DNA from: Chloroflexota bacterium
Lineage (GTDB): Bacteria; Chloroflexota; Anaerolineae; Anaerolineales; UBA4823
DNA: 52,662 nt
NCBI GenBank assembly: GCA_037444705.1
Contig: JBBILY010000002.1
Coordinates: 1-52,662, forward strand
Direction: 5' to 3'
Of this stretch, positions 41,962 to 51,459 are shown piece by piece. The notes under the pieces were generated by a model that saw only the letters and a program-made list of their open reading frames with translations, was not told the origin of the DNA and ran no database searches. Made by a program: the position numbers and the translations under genes. Position 1 is the stretch's first letter. Each line of letters opens with the position of its first letter.

Positions 41962-42951
41962 CTATCTTAAACCGAAAAGGCGGGCAGCGTTTGCACCCAA
42001 GATTTGGGCTTCGGCTGTTGCATCCAGTTGAGCAGCCTTAACCTGGGCAACCGGGTGCTCAGCACCCATATCAAAAGGGTAATCTGAACCGAGCAAAACC
42101 TGTTCTGCACCGACAAATTCCACCAGGCTACGCAAGACAGCGGGATGGTGGGTAATGCTGTCGTAATAAAACCGCTTAAGATATTCACTTGGCGGCTGCG
42201 TAATGGCCTTACGGGCTTCCGCTCGCACTGCGAAACCTCGATCCAGCCGACCGCGCAGGTAGGGTATACTCCCGCCGCCATGCGCCAGGAGAATCTTTAG
42301 GCGCGGGTAGGCTTCCATCACACCAGAGAGGATCAAGTGCCCAGCGGCCAGCGTGGTTTCAAGCGGGTTACCGATCAAATTCCACAGGTAATAATCGCGC
42401 AGTTCCACACGGCCGCCCCCCTCAACCGGATGAATAAAGACAAAGGCATCCAAGGCCTGGCACGCCTCCCAAAAGGGGCGGAAGCGCGCATCGCCAGGAT
42501 ACACGCCGTTGACATGGGTGCCAATTTCAACCCCCCTCAGTCCAGAGTTCATCAGGCGTTCCAGTTCTGAAACAGCCAGGGGAATATCCTGCAGGGGTAC
42601 GAGACCAAGGGCAACGATGCGCCTAGGATATTTTGCCATCAGCCCCGCCAGGGCATCATTCTGTATCTGACAGGTGACCAACGCCTCCGCCGATTGAGCC
42701 TCATAGCGCACGAGTGATACCCACGGGCACAGCAGCACCGTATCAATCCCAACCTTATCCATCTCCATCAGTATCTGCTCAATATGGACGAACTCGCGCT
42801 TAGCCGAGGTAATGCGTTTCCCTCCATATTCAATAATCTGATGTCCCTGCTCCCACCAGACACGCGGCCGCCATTCTTCCTGTGGCGCCGCGTCACGGAG
42901 GATCTCTGGGACGATGATATGAGCGTGAGCATCCATGACCATATTATTCAT
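41962..42951 (-). CDS. amidohydrolase_2 (ACMSD-family) metal-dependent decarboxylase/hydratase
   Basis: Shows the MDAHAHII HxH motif, PRRIVALGLVPLQ, GVEIGTHVNG, FIHP, AHGGGS and GSDYPFDMG. These are collinear with the ACMSD/LigW/IDCase family pattern as I recall it. Confidence 0.8.
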   Translation of the reverse strand: MNNMVMDAHAHIIVPEILRDAAPQEEWRPRVWWEQGHQIIEYGGKRITSAKREFVHIEQILMEMDKVGIDTVLLCPWVSLVRYEAQSAEALVTCQIQNDALAGLMAKYPRRIVALGLVPLQDIPLAVSELERLMNSGLRGVEIGTHVNGVYPGDARFRPFWEACQALDAFVFIHPVEGGGRVELRDYYLWNLIGNPLETTLAAGHLILSGVMEAYPRLKILLAHGGGSIPYLRGRLDRGFAVRAEARKAITQPPSEYLKRFYYDSITHHPAVLRSLVEFVGAEQVLLGSDYPFDMGAEHPVAQVKAAQLDATAEAQILGANAARLFGLR

Positions 42952-42972
42952 CGCGCCTTGGAGGGTTTTGCG

Positions 42973-43872
42973 CTAAGGAACCAGGGTTAACATCAGTGCG
43001 CCACCGATGACCATCCCCGCACCGAGCCACAACTCGGGTGTGATACGCTCGATATGTCTTCCGGAAACCAGAGGCGAGAGCACAATCACCACCGGCGTAG
43101 AAACCATGGTTAATGCCAACACAATTGCCACCGGCGCCAGGTCCAATGCAATCCAGCGTGCCCAGGTGGACAATCCCACTAACAGGCCTGCCACCAGTTT
43201 GAAGAACAGAGCTTCACCGCTGGTGGCATTGCCTGAGCCGCGCTGACGTTGCCAGAGCAACACCAACCCATACCCCAAAGCGCTGGCGGTCAGGCCAACT
43301 GTCACCCCAAAGAGCGGCGAGGGCAAATCTTGCAGGCCAAAACGGATGAATATTGGGCTGATCGCCCAGCAAAGGGCGGCGCTCAACCCAGGCCAAGAAG
43401 ACTGCCAGAGGCCTGTCCTTTGGGCCTTTTGATCAGTCCCTGGATTTTCGGGCTGCTTAGAAGTCAGATAAACCCCAGCCACGATCAAGCCCATTGCCAC
43501 CCAGGAGAGAAGATCCGGGAACTCGGACAGCGTAAAAGCCGCGATTATCGCAGCGAAGAGCGGTGTTGTGCCGATCAGCGGGCTGGTGCGCGCCGCCCCA
43601 ATCCGCTTTTGGCTGGCATTCATGAAGGTCCAACCGACGAAGAAATGGACAAATCCGCCCAGGGCAAAGTTGATCAGCGCTGAGGGCGAGGCGGTTAACA
43701 GAAGGCGCATATCCTGGGTTGCTAAAGAGATCACGATTAAAACCAGGGCGCTGACCAATAACTGGAGAAATGTCGCCAGATAGACATCCATCCCATCCAA
43801 GGCACGGCGGTTGACCGTCTGGAACAAGCCGAAACCAACCCCTGCTAGAATTGCCCACCAGGTTCCGCTCAT
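42973..43872 (-). CDS. EamA/DMT-family transporter
   Basis: 299 aa with about 10 TM helices in two EamA-like halves. Its start overlaps the livF-like stop (ATGA). Confidence 0.8.
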   Translation of the reverse strand: MSGTWWAILAGVGFGLFQTVNRRALDGMDVYLATFLQLLVSALVLIVISLATQDMRLLLTASPSALINFALGGFVHFFVGWTFMNASQKRIGAARTSPLIGTTPLFAAIIAAFTLSEFPDLLSWVAMGLIVAGVYLTSKQPENPGTDQKAQRTGLWQSSWPGLSAALCWAISPIFIRFGLQDLPSPLFGVTVGLTASALGYGLVLLWQRQRGSGNATSGEALFFKLVAGLLVGLSTWARWIALDLAPVAIVLALTMVSTPVVIVLSPLVSGRHIERITPELWLGAGMVIGGALMLTLVP

Positions 43873-44648
43873 AACTCTGCGCTAATCCCCGTCTTTGATT
43901 TTTGCCGATAGGAGTGGAAACCATCGTTTTCGGTTGATCCCCCTAAATACAATTTCGCCATCTCGGGATTGTTTAGTAATTCTTCGGCCGTGCCTTCGAA
44001 CTTCTTTCTGCCCAACTCCAGCACATAGCCGCGATGCGAAGCAGCCAGCCCCTGGCGGGCATTTTGTTCGACCATAAGGATGGTCACGCCTGAGCGGTTG
44101 AGATCTTTAATAGTGTCAAACAGAGAAGCCATTGTCTGTGGCGCCAGGCCCAGAGATGGCTCATCAAGGATCATGAAGGGGGGTTCTAGCATAAGCGCCC
44201 GCCCGATCTCTAAAACCTTCTGCTGCCCGCCAGATAAATTGCCGGCTTTATCGTGCATGCGCTCTTTAAGAAAAGGATAGAGCGCATACACCTTTTCCAG
44301 GCGTTGTGAAATCAACCCTTTATCCTTGATGATATACGCCCCAAGCAGAAGGTTCTCGTGCACCGTCATTTTTGGGAAGACGCTATGACCCTGGGGCACA
44401 TGCGCAATGCCTAAGCGGATGATTTTTTCCGGGGGTAAACCGCCAATAGAACGACCTTTGAAGACGATACGCCCTGAAGAGGGCTTGATGAAACCCGAGA
44501 TGGTGCGTAGCACCGTGGATTTACCCGCGCCATTTGGTCCAACCAGGCAGACGATTTCACCCTCATTAACCTGTAAGGAAACGCCGCGCAGGATTTCTAC
44601 CCCAGGTAGATAGCTGGCAACCACATTCTCAAGCACTAACATTGACAT
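43869..44648 (-). CDS. livF: branched-chain amino acid-type ABC transporter ATP-binding protein (LivF-like)
   Basis: The start is set at ATG 44648 (MSMLVLENV); the longer track ORF overlaps livG. Motifs are Walker A GPNGAGKST, signature LSGGQQ and Walker B ILDEPS. Confidence 0.88.
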   Translation of the reverse strand: MSMLVLENVVASYLPGVEILRGVSLQVNEGEIVCLVGPNGAGKSTVLRTISGFIKPSSGRIVFKGRSIGGLPPEKIIRLGIAHVPQGHSVFPKMTVHENLLLGAYIIKDKGLISQRLEKVYALYPFLKERMHDKAGNLSGGQQKVLEIGRALMLEPPFMILDEPSLGLAPQTMASLFDTIKDLNRSGVTILMVEQNARQGLAASHRGYVLELGRKKFEGTAEELLNNPEMAKLYLGGSTENDGFHSYRQKSKTGISAEL

Positions 44649-45378
44649 TTTCTCTGCTCCCCAGATAGGCTTCAAGGACGAGCGGGTTGTTCTGAATGGA
44701 GGCAGGCTCACCCTCGGCAATCTTTTGACCATGATCAAGGACAATGACATGGTGACAGAGTTCCATCACCAGCCGCATATTATGTTCGACCAGGAGAAAC
44801 GTTTTTCCCTGGCGATTTAATTCATCTACCAGTGTCATCATCTTCTCAATCATGACCGGGTTAACACCCCCCGCAGGCTCGTCCAGCAAAATCAGATCGG
44901 GTTCCGACATCAACACCGCCATTAACTCGACCAATTTCTGCTGGCCAAAGGACAATCGGCGCACCTCCTCATCACGGAACTGAGCCAGGCCAACCCACTC
45001 CAGAAGTTCCATGGCTTTTTCCTCTTCTTCCCGCTTCACACCCCGGCTGAGCAATGTCTTCCAGCCAATTTGCCGTACAGGAACGATCATGTTTTCCAAA
45101 ACGGTCATCTTCCAGAATAAACGTGTAATTTGGAAGGTGCGCCCAATTCCCAAGTGGCAGATCTGGCTGGGCTTAAGGCCGTGGATGGGGTGTTGATTAA
45201 AGTAGATGCTGCCCGAATCAGGTCGGTAGAAACCTGTAATGAGATTGAATAAGGTGGTTTTACCTGATCCATTCGGCCCGATCAAACCGGTGATTGAACC
45301 TCGCTCAACCTTGATGGAGCAATTATCAACTGCTTTGATGCCCCCAAATGCTTTCGTGGCGTTTTCTACCAGGAGCAC
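44629..45378 (-). CDS. livG: branched-chain amino acid-type ABC transporter ATP-binding protein (LivG-like)
   Basis: Walker A GPNGSGKTT, signature LSFGQQ and Walker B LLDEPAGG. Confidence 0.9.
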   Translation of the reverse strand: MLLVENATKAFGGIKAVDNCSIKVERGSITGLIGPNGSGKTTLFNLITGFYRPDSGSIYFNQHPIHGLKPSQICHLGIGRTFQITRLFWKMTVLENMIVPVRQIGWKTLLSRGVKREEEEKAMELLEWVGLAQFRDEEVRRLSFGQQKLVELMAVLMSEPDLILLDEPAGGVNPVMIEKMMTLVDELNRQGKTFLLVEHNMRLVMELCHHVIVLDHGQKIAEGEPASIQNNPLVLEAYLGSRENVNVSA

Positions 45379-45393
45379 GGTTTCTCCCTCCCC

Positions 45394-46383
45394 TCAAATT
45401 TTTACTGAAATGGCGCGGGCGCGGCTGCGCTGTTTCCAGAATTCCACCACAGTGGGCAGAATACCCTGGGGCATGAACAACATAACCAGTAAAAGGATGC
45501 CACCATACACAGTGAGATGAATCTGGGTACCGCCAAATTGACCCACCACCCAATTGGCTAAGGGTTGCATAATAAAGGCCCCAAGCACAGGTCCCCATAG
45601 TGTACCCCGACCGCCCAGGATGGCAATTAAGACCATACTCACACTCGTGAAGATATCGAAGACGAACCCCGGATCAATATACGTGAGAAAATAGGAATAA
45701 ATTCCTCCAGCCACGCCTACGAAGTAAGCGCTGATCCCAAAAGCCAACACTTTATACATCATGGTATCAATGCCAACGATTTCTGCTTTCCCCTCATCTT
45801 CGCGAATGGCGATGAGCCCTAACCCAAACTTGGATTGACGTATTCGCCACGACACGAACAGAGTGAAGCAGAGCAAGAATAACATGATGTAATAAAACGG
45901 AATTTTGATAAACTCCGGAGACCAAGGCACACCATCCCAACCGGGGCGGGGTTGAGTCAACCCTTTGGCGCCGTTGGTAATATCTGAGAGATTGAGTGCC
46001 AGCAGGCGGAAAATAAAGATCATGGCTATGGTTACGACCACAAACGCCGAGCCTTGCGTGCGCAAGGCAATCCAGCCCAAAACCATGGCGATTGCCGCCA
46101 CCATCAAGGCCAAAAACCAAGCGCTGATGAAAGGATGCCAGCCGAATCGGTTATGGGTCAAAGCCACTAAATAACCACCAAGACCAAAAAAGGCGGCGTG
46201 ACCCAGGGAGACATAACCCGCATAACCGCCAATGATATTCCAACTGGAGGCCAACACAGCAGCCATCAGGGTCATAACCATGACGTGCTGATAGTACTGT
46301 GATTTTTCAACAAATGGGTAAATAACGACAGCAATCAGCAGCCCCAGGACCACCACAGCGGAGGGAACGCGCGTTTTGTTCAT
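45394..46383 (-). CDS. livM: branched-chain amino acid-type ABC transporter permease (LivM-like)
   Basis: 329-aa polytopic protein with the typical LivM pattern (GYAGYVSLGHAAFFGLGGY). Confidence 0.85.
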   Translation of the reverse strand: MNKTRVPSAVVVLGLLIAVVIYPFVEKSQYYQHVMVMTLMAAVLASSWNIIGGYAGYVSLGHAAFFGLGGYLVALTHNRFGWHPFISAWFLALMVAAIAMVLGWIALRTQGSAFVVVTIAMIFIFRLLALNLSDITNGAKGLTQPRPGWDGVPWSPEFIKIPFYYIMLFLLCFTLFVSWRIRQSKFGLGLIAIREDEGKAEIVGIDTMMYKVLAFGISAYFVGVAGGIYSYFLTYIDPGFVFDIFTSVSMVLIAILGGRGTLWGPVLGAFIMQPLANWVVGQFGGTQIHLTVYGGILLLVMLFMPQGILPTVVEFWKQRSRARAISVKI

Positions 46384-47270
46384 CAGCCTCTCTCCCGGAT
46401 GATCTCACCCATCAGCCCCTGCGGGCGAATGATCAAAGTGAAGAAAAGAAAGATATAAAAAACGATAGGTGACCAGTAAAGGGTAACGATGATGGCGGTT
46501 AACTGCTCCATCACACCCAAAATCAGGGCAGCCACCAGAGCACCTGGCAGACTACCCATTCCACCCAGAACAATGATAGATAGCGTTCGGGCCACCCAAT
46601 CCGTCTGACTGGAAGGGTTGAAACTGTAAATCATACTCAAAAGTGAACCTCCAGCTGCGGCGGTGGCTAAACCAAACGCAAAAGTCACTGCAGAGACCTG
46701 GCGAATATTGATGCCCACCAGTTGTGCAGCCCGCGCGTCCTGGATCGTGGCACGGATAGCTCTGCCCAACTGCGTGCGTTGCAAGACGAGATAGAGCAAC
46801 ACAAGCACGATCATAGAGGTAATAAAACCCATCAGGCGCGTCACCGGAAGGCGATAATTGGCCACCATGATAGCTGCCGTCGCATACTCGGGTTTTACTG
46901 AGCGAAATGTGGTGTGAAAAGTAGCCCCCAGCAGCCCTTCAATAATAATCGCCAGGGCAAAAGTGATCAGCACCGAGGTCTGCTCTGGGTTTTCGATCCG
47001 TGAGAGCACCAGGCGCTGAACCAACCAGCCTATTGCAAACAAAAGGGGCATGGTGATGAGAATGGAGACAATTGGGTCTATATGAAAGCGTTGAAACAGA
47101 AGGTAAGTGAGGTAGGCGCTGAGGATCAGGAACGATCCATGGGCAACGTTAATCACGCGCATCACCCCGAAGATCAACGTCAGACCTGAAGACATCAGGG
47201 CATATACACCACCAACCAATACCCCGATAATTAATGTCTGGATGAATAAGTGAGAAGACGGGATCGTCAT
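46383..47270 (-). CDS. livH: branched-chain amino acid-type ABC transporter permease (LivH-like)
   Basis: 295-aa polytopic protein with the typical LivH pattern (GVMRVINVAHGSFLIL). A 1-nt overlap links it to livM. Confidence 0.85.
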   Translation of the reverse strand: MTIPSSHLFIQTLIIGVLVGGVYALMSSGLTLIFGVMRVINVAHGSFLILSAYLTYLLFQRFHIDPIVSILITMPLLFAIGWLVQRLVLSRIENPEQTSVLITFALAIIIEGLLGATFHTTFRSVKPEYATAAIMVANYRLPVTRLMGFITSMIVLVLLYLVLQRTQLGRAIRATIQDARAAQLVGINIRQVSAVTFAFGLATAAAGGSLLSMIYSFNPSSQTDWVARTLSIIVLGGMGSLPGALVAALILGVMEQLTAIIVTLYWSPIVFYIFLFFTLIIRPQGLMGEIIRERG

Positions 47271-47350
47271 GACAACCTCGTTTAGGATGGGTCAGGGGCA
47301 GGCAATACCCCTGACCTGAATAGCCGCTACACCCGGGAAGAAATAATATG

Positions 47351-48643
47351 CTACCAATTTGGCTTGGGCCAAATTGGATCCGCCTGTTTCGCAAAATCGG
47401 GTGCCACGATGGTTATCTTCCCGTTTTGCCACTGGAGAACCATGTAGGAGCCCTTAGGTCTGCCAGCCTCATCAAAAGACAGTGGCCCCACCACAGTCTG
47501 GAAAGTGGCCCGATGCATTTCCTCAATCAACTTGGCGTTGTCAATGCTCTGGATATTTTCCACAGCTTGTTGAAGCACCTGTCCAACTGTATAGGCATTG
47601 GCCGAATCTTCGGCGATAGGCTCATCCCCGAACTTGGCGTGATAGGCGGCGACAAACTCGGGATTGGTTTCAGTGGTGGAGGCCTCAAACCAGGAGATCG
47701 GGGCAAACACACCTTCCGTGGCCGATCCCAGCGCCTCGCTGAACTCCTTGGGCAGGCCGGGTCCTGTGGTGAAGACAGCCCCACGTGGCTGGTAGCCAGC
47801 CTGCTGATAAGCCTTAATCTGGGCAACCGCGTCTTCAAACTGAGTTCCGCCTACAATTAAATCGGGGTTGAGTTCGGCCACCTTAGCCGCCAGCGATGAG
47901 AAATCCTGGGTATCGGGTGGATAGGTCTCTTTTATTACCAACTCCAAACCGCCCTCGGTGAGTAGTTTCTCGACGCTCTCAACTACGCCCACCGTAAAGG
48001 GATCGTCATTGGTAATAATGGCGAACGTCTTGGGACGAGTGCCTTCTGGGAGAGAGAGGACCAGATTGGCGAAGGGAATAGCCTGATCTGCCGAGGGGGC
48101 CGGCTGGCAAAAGAAGATGTTTTTCAATCCGCGGTCGAAAACGTGCGGCGCACCACCTGCAGGTTCAGGGAAGGCGTATCCGTACTTTGCAGCGACTTCG
48201 GAAGTTGGAATAACCAGGCGACTGGAGAACGGCCCCACCACCAGATCAACTTTATCCTGGGTAATCAGGCGCTCATAATCAGCAACCGCCGTATCAGGGT
48301 CGGAGGCGTTGTCGTAGACAATTAATTCAACCGGCCGGCCAAGTAATCCACCTGACTTATTGACCACATCCACCCATACCTCATACCCCTTTCTGGCTGC
48401 CGTACCTGGCTCAGAAAAGTCACCGGTCAGGGGGAGCGAAACGCCTATTTTTATCGGTTGCTGAGCGACTGGTGGCGCCGTGGTTTCCTGGGGCGCCTGG
48501 GTCGGCTCTTGCCCCGCTTGAGGCGGCGTGGTTTCCTGAGGCGCCTGGGTTGGCACGGGTGTAGCCGTCTGACCACCACAAGCAGTAACCAACAGGCTGA
48601 TCAAGACGAGACTGACAAGCAAATACCAAAATTTGGATTTCAT
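47351..48643 (-). CDS. LivK-type (PF13458-like) periplasmic binding lipoprotein with a repeated Pro/Thr/Gln linker
   Basis: Lipobox LLVTACGG and linker TQAPQETTPPQAGQEPTQAPQETTAPPVAQQP, followed by a type-I PBP body (IKIGVSLPLTGDFSEPG). Confidence 0.85.
   Translation of the reverse strand: MKSKFWYLLVSLVLISLLVTACGGQTATPVPTQAPQETTPPQAGQEPTQAPQETTAPPVAQQPIKIGVSLPLTGDFSEPGTAARKGYEVWVDVVNKSGGLLGRPVELIVYDNASDPDTAVADYERLITQDKVDLVVGPFSSRLVIPTSEVAAKYGYAFPEPAGGAPHVFDRGLKNIFFCQPAPSADQAIPFANLVLSLPEGTRPKTFAIITNDDPFTVGVVESVEKLLTEGGLELVIKETYPPDTQDFSSLAAKVAELNPDLIVGGTQFEDAVAQIKAYQQAGYQPRGAVFTTGPGLPKEFSEALGSATEGVFAPISWFEASTTETNPEFVAAYHAKFGDEPIAEDSANAYTVGQVLQQAVENIQSIDNAKLIEEMHRATFQTVVGPLSFDEAGRPKGSYMVLQWQNGKITIVAPDFAKQADPIWPKPNW
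48474..48554 (-). repeat. tandem 48-nt (16-codon) direct repeat inside the binding-protein linker
   Basis: The 33-nt cores at 48474-48506 and 48522-48554 differ at 3 positions (ggcgccgtggtttcctggggcgcctgggtcggc versus ggcggcgtggtttcctgaggcgcctgggttggc). Confidence 0.6.
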
Positions 48644-48785
48644 GGGTATTCCTCCTGGCTAAAGGGTGTGATACTCTGCTCGATTGTCTTACGGCGTTTG
48701 ATCATTCAAATTTCTCTTCTCCAGATACACCTCCTTAGGCTTGATTTCAAAGGAACAGGGGCGATTAACTCCTCGGAGATCTTAA

Positions 48786-50132
48786 CTAGGCCAGCAATGC
48801 CCAAGGGTCATTGATCAAACCTGCCAGTTCATCCAGGAATAGCGCGGCGCGGGCGCCATCTACGAGGCGATGATCACATGAGAGCGTAAGCACCATCATA
48901 GGGCGTATCACGACCTGCCCATTGACCGCGACCACACGCTCGGCAATTCGGCCTACAGCGAGGATGGCTGCCTGGGGTGCATTGATGATGGCATTAAAGG
49001 CATCTACGTTATACATGCCGAGATTAGAGAGGGTAAACGTCCCCCCCGTAATATCCTGCGGGCGCAAGGCGCGCTTCTTGGCGCGTTCAACCAGATCATG
49101 GCGTTGGGTAGCGATCTGGCTGATTGAGGCAGAATCAGCCCCACGGATGACAGGCACGATTAAGCCTTCATCAATGGCGGTAGCGATCCCCACATTGATC
49201 TCTTGGTGGTGGAGGATGCTGCCATTCGCCCAGGTTGAGTTCAGACGTGGATGGTTTCGCAGAGCAAACCCAAGCAATTTGACCAATAGGTCTGTATATG
49301 TGGGCTTTATACCGCTGCGTCTTTCTACAATCGGGGTGATTTGCTGGCGCCATTGGATGAGACTGCTTGCATCAACCTCTCGCACGAGATAAAAATGAGG
49401 CACGCTGGTCCAACTGCTGAGCATGCGCTCAGCCATGATGCGCCAGGTTGTCCCTACGCTCTCAAAGGTGCTTTCTTCTTCTGGCGCCTTGGCCGCGGCG
49501 AGCACATCTGCGCTCACGACAGCCCCTTCCGGCCCAGAACCGCGGATGAGGGCCAGGTCAAGACCTCGCTCATGAGCCAACCGCCGCGCTTTGGGAGAGG
49601 CGGGCACCAGGCGCGGCCTGGTTTCCAGAGCTTGCACATCCGCCTCGCGCGAAGCCTGTTCTTGCTGGCGAAGATAGGCTTCAACGTCGGCTTTCTCGAT
49701 GCGCTTTCCATCATGCCGGATCTGAGCGAGGTCTATGCCATGTTCCTCTGCCATCCTGCGCGCCAGCGGAGTGGCTTGAATGGTAAGGGTTGTTTCCTGT
49801 GCATGACCATGACCAGGCGTTGAAGCACTTGCCTGACCCTGGCTGGCCGTCTGCCCCGACAGTGCAGGCGCGGCGTTCGTGGGTAAGGTTTCACCTGGGG
49901 CCAGAATCCAGGCTATTGTCTGCCCCACCGGGACGACATCCCCTTCTTTGGCAAGGATGCCACCTAATATCCCAGAAGCTGGCGCTTCGATCTCGACTGT
50001 GACTTTATCGGTCTCGATCTCCATGAGCGGCTCGCCCTTGGTCACCAGTTCGCCGTCGCCCTTAAGCCAGCGCAACAGTGTGCCGGTTTCCTGTGCCATC
50101 TCCAGGGCCGGCATGATCACACTAACTGCCAT
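48786..50132 (-). CDS. dihydrolipoamide acyltransferase (E2) of a 2-oxoacid dehydrogenase complex
   Basis: The start is set at ATG 50132 (MAVSVIMPALE), 1 nt after the upstream stop. The lipoyl motif is EIETDKVTVE. There are two PSBD-like segments (TPLARRMAEEHGIDL..., SPKARRLAHERGLDL...). The catalytic motif is SCDHRLVDG. Confidence 0.88.
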   Translation of the reverse strand: MAVSVIMPALEMAQETGTLLRWLKGDGELVTKGEPLMEIETDKVTVEIEAPASGILGGILAKEGDVVPVGQTIAWILAPGETLPTNAAPALSGQTASQGQASASTPGHGHAQETTLTIQATPLARRMAEEHGIDLAQIRHDGKRIEKADVEAYLRQQEQASREADVQALETRPRLVPASPKARRLAHERGLDLALIRGSGPEGAVVSADVLAAAKAPEEESTFESVGTTWRIMAERMLSSWTSVPHFYLVREVDASSLIQWRQQITPIVERRSGIKPTYTDLLVKLLGFALRNHPRLNSTWANGSILHHQEINVGIATAIDEGLIVPVIRGADSASISQIATQRHDLVERAKKRALRPQDITGGTFTLSNLGMYNVDAFNAIINAPQAAILAVGRIAERVVAVNGQVVIRPMMVLTLSCDHRLVDGARAALFLDELAGLINDPWALLA

Positions 50133-50133
50133 T

Positions 50134-51459
50134 CTAGCCTCGCACCGCCGCAACCATCTCAACCACGCGCTCGCTCATAACCGGCTCATGGGTGCGCGTG
50201 GTCGGCAGGGGTCCGGTGGCTGTGTAATAGTGATGACCGGCCACCATCAGATCATTGGCCGGGAAACGGGTGATAATCTCATGCCCGCTTTCAGTGACGA
50301 CGATTTCCTCCTCAATGCGAGCCGCACTCCAGCCATCCGAGGAGGGCCAGAAAGTTTCAAGGGCGAAGACCATACCCGGCTTGATCTCAACGGGATGATC
50401 CAGCGATACGAGGCGGCTAATAACCGGTTGCTCCCAGATCGCCAACCCAACCCCATGGCCATATTGCAAAGCAAACGCCGCCTCCTCGTTCGGAAAACCA
50501 AATTCTGTCGCCTTGGGCCACACCGCGGCGATCTCTCCCGTTGTGCGTCCGGGCCGTACCAGTTCGATCGCTGCATCCAGATATTCGCGACAGCGTTTAT
50601 AGGCATCCACCATCGCCTGTGAAGCGTAGCCAATGGCGAAGCAGCGATAATAACAGGTGCGGTAACCCATGTAAGAGTGCAAGATGTCGTAATAAACAGG
50701 GTCTCCCGGACGTAACATGCGGTCTGAGAACACGTGCGGGTGAGGGTTACACCGTTCACCGGATATGGCGTTAACGGCTTCAACATATTCCGAGCCAAGG
50801 TCATAAAGCACTTTGGCCACCAGCCCTACCGCCTCGTTCTCACGCATGCCGGGTTTCATGGCGCGATACAACTCATCATACGCCGCGTCGACCAGCGCTG
50901 CCGCGTGGGTCAGCAGAGCAATCTCATCTTGCGTCTTGATCAGGCGCGCTTCAGACATTAACTGCTGTCCATCAACGACTTTCAACCCCTCTTTTTGCAA
51001 GGCGAACAGGATAGGAACTTCTGCGATGTCTACCCCAAGCGGCTCTTTTTCCAAGCCGCGCTCCTCCAATTCGATCTTGATCTTGCGCGCCACATCTTCG
51101 GCACGCCCCATTTCTGGAGACATAGCCCCGCGCAACAGAGAGATTCCGGCCCGGGAACGCTTCTCGCCCAACCATGGGGCGTAAAGTTGATGGTGTCTGG
51201 CAGCCGAACCAAAATCCCACAGAATAGGGTCGTCATTTTGCGGCAATAAGGTGAAGCGATTGACTTTATCCTGCGCCCAGGTGCCGATATGCGTCGCCGT
51301 GAGATAGCGCACATTGTTCATATCAAAACACAGGAGGGCGCCCAACTCAGACTGCTTCAACAAAGTCTTGGCGCGCTCCAGCCGCTCACGCCGCAAACGG
51401 TCGAAGTCAATGCGTTGTTCCCAATCAACCGCCATGGAGCCATAAGTCTTTATAGCCAT
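50134..51459 (-). CDS. M24-family (creatinase/prolidase-fold) enzyme with a non-canonical metal-ligand set
   Basis: The start is set at ATG 51459 (MAIKTYGS), overlapping the E1beta stop (TGATG), with GGGAGG 5 nt upstream. It has a creatinase_N-like N-domain and pita-bread motifs GDPVYYD, GYRTC (Cys where Asp is expected), GHGVGL, ALETF and RIEEEIVVT. Confidence 0.8.
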   Translation of the reverse strand: MAIKTYGSMAVDWEQRIDFDRLRRERLERAKTLLKQSELGALLCFDMNNVRYLTATHIGTWAQDKVNRFTLLPQNDDPILWDFGSAARHHQLYAPWLGEKRSRAGISLLRGAMSPEMGRAEDVARKIKIELEERGLEKEPLGVDIAEVPILFALQKEGLKVVDGQQLMSEARLIKTQDEIALLTHAAALVDAAYDELYRAMKPGMRENEAVGLVAKVLYDLGSEYVEAVNAISGERCNPHPHVFSDRMLRPGDPVYYDILHSYMGYRTCYYRCFAIGYASQAMVDAYKRCREYLDAAIELVRPGRTTGEIAAVWPKATEFGFPNEEAAFALQYGHGVGLAIWEQPVISRLVSLDHPVEIKPGMVFALETFWPSSDGWSAARIEEEIVVTESGHEIITRFPANDLMVAGHHYYTATGPLPTTRTHEPVMSERVVEMVAAVRG

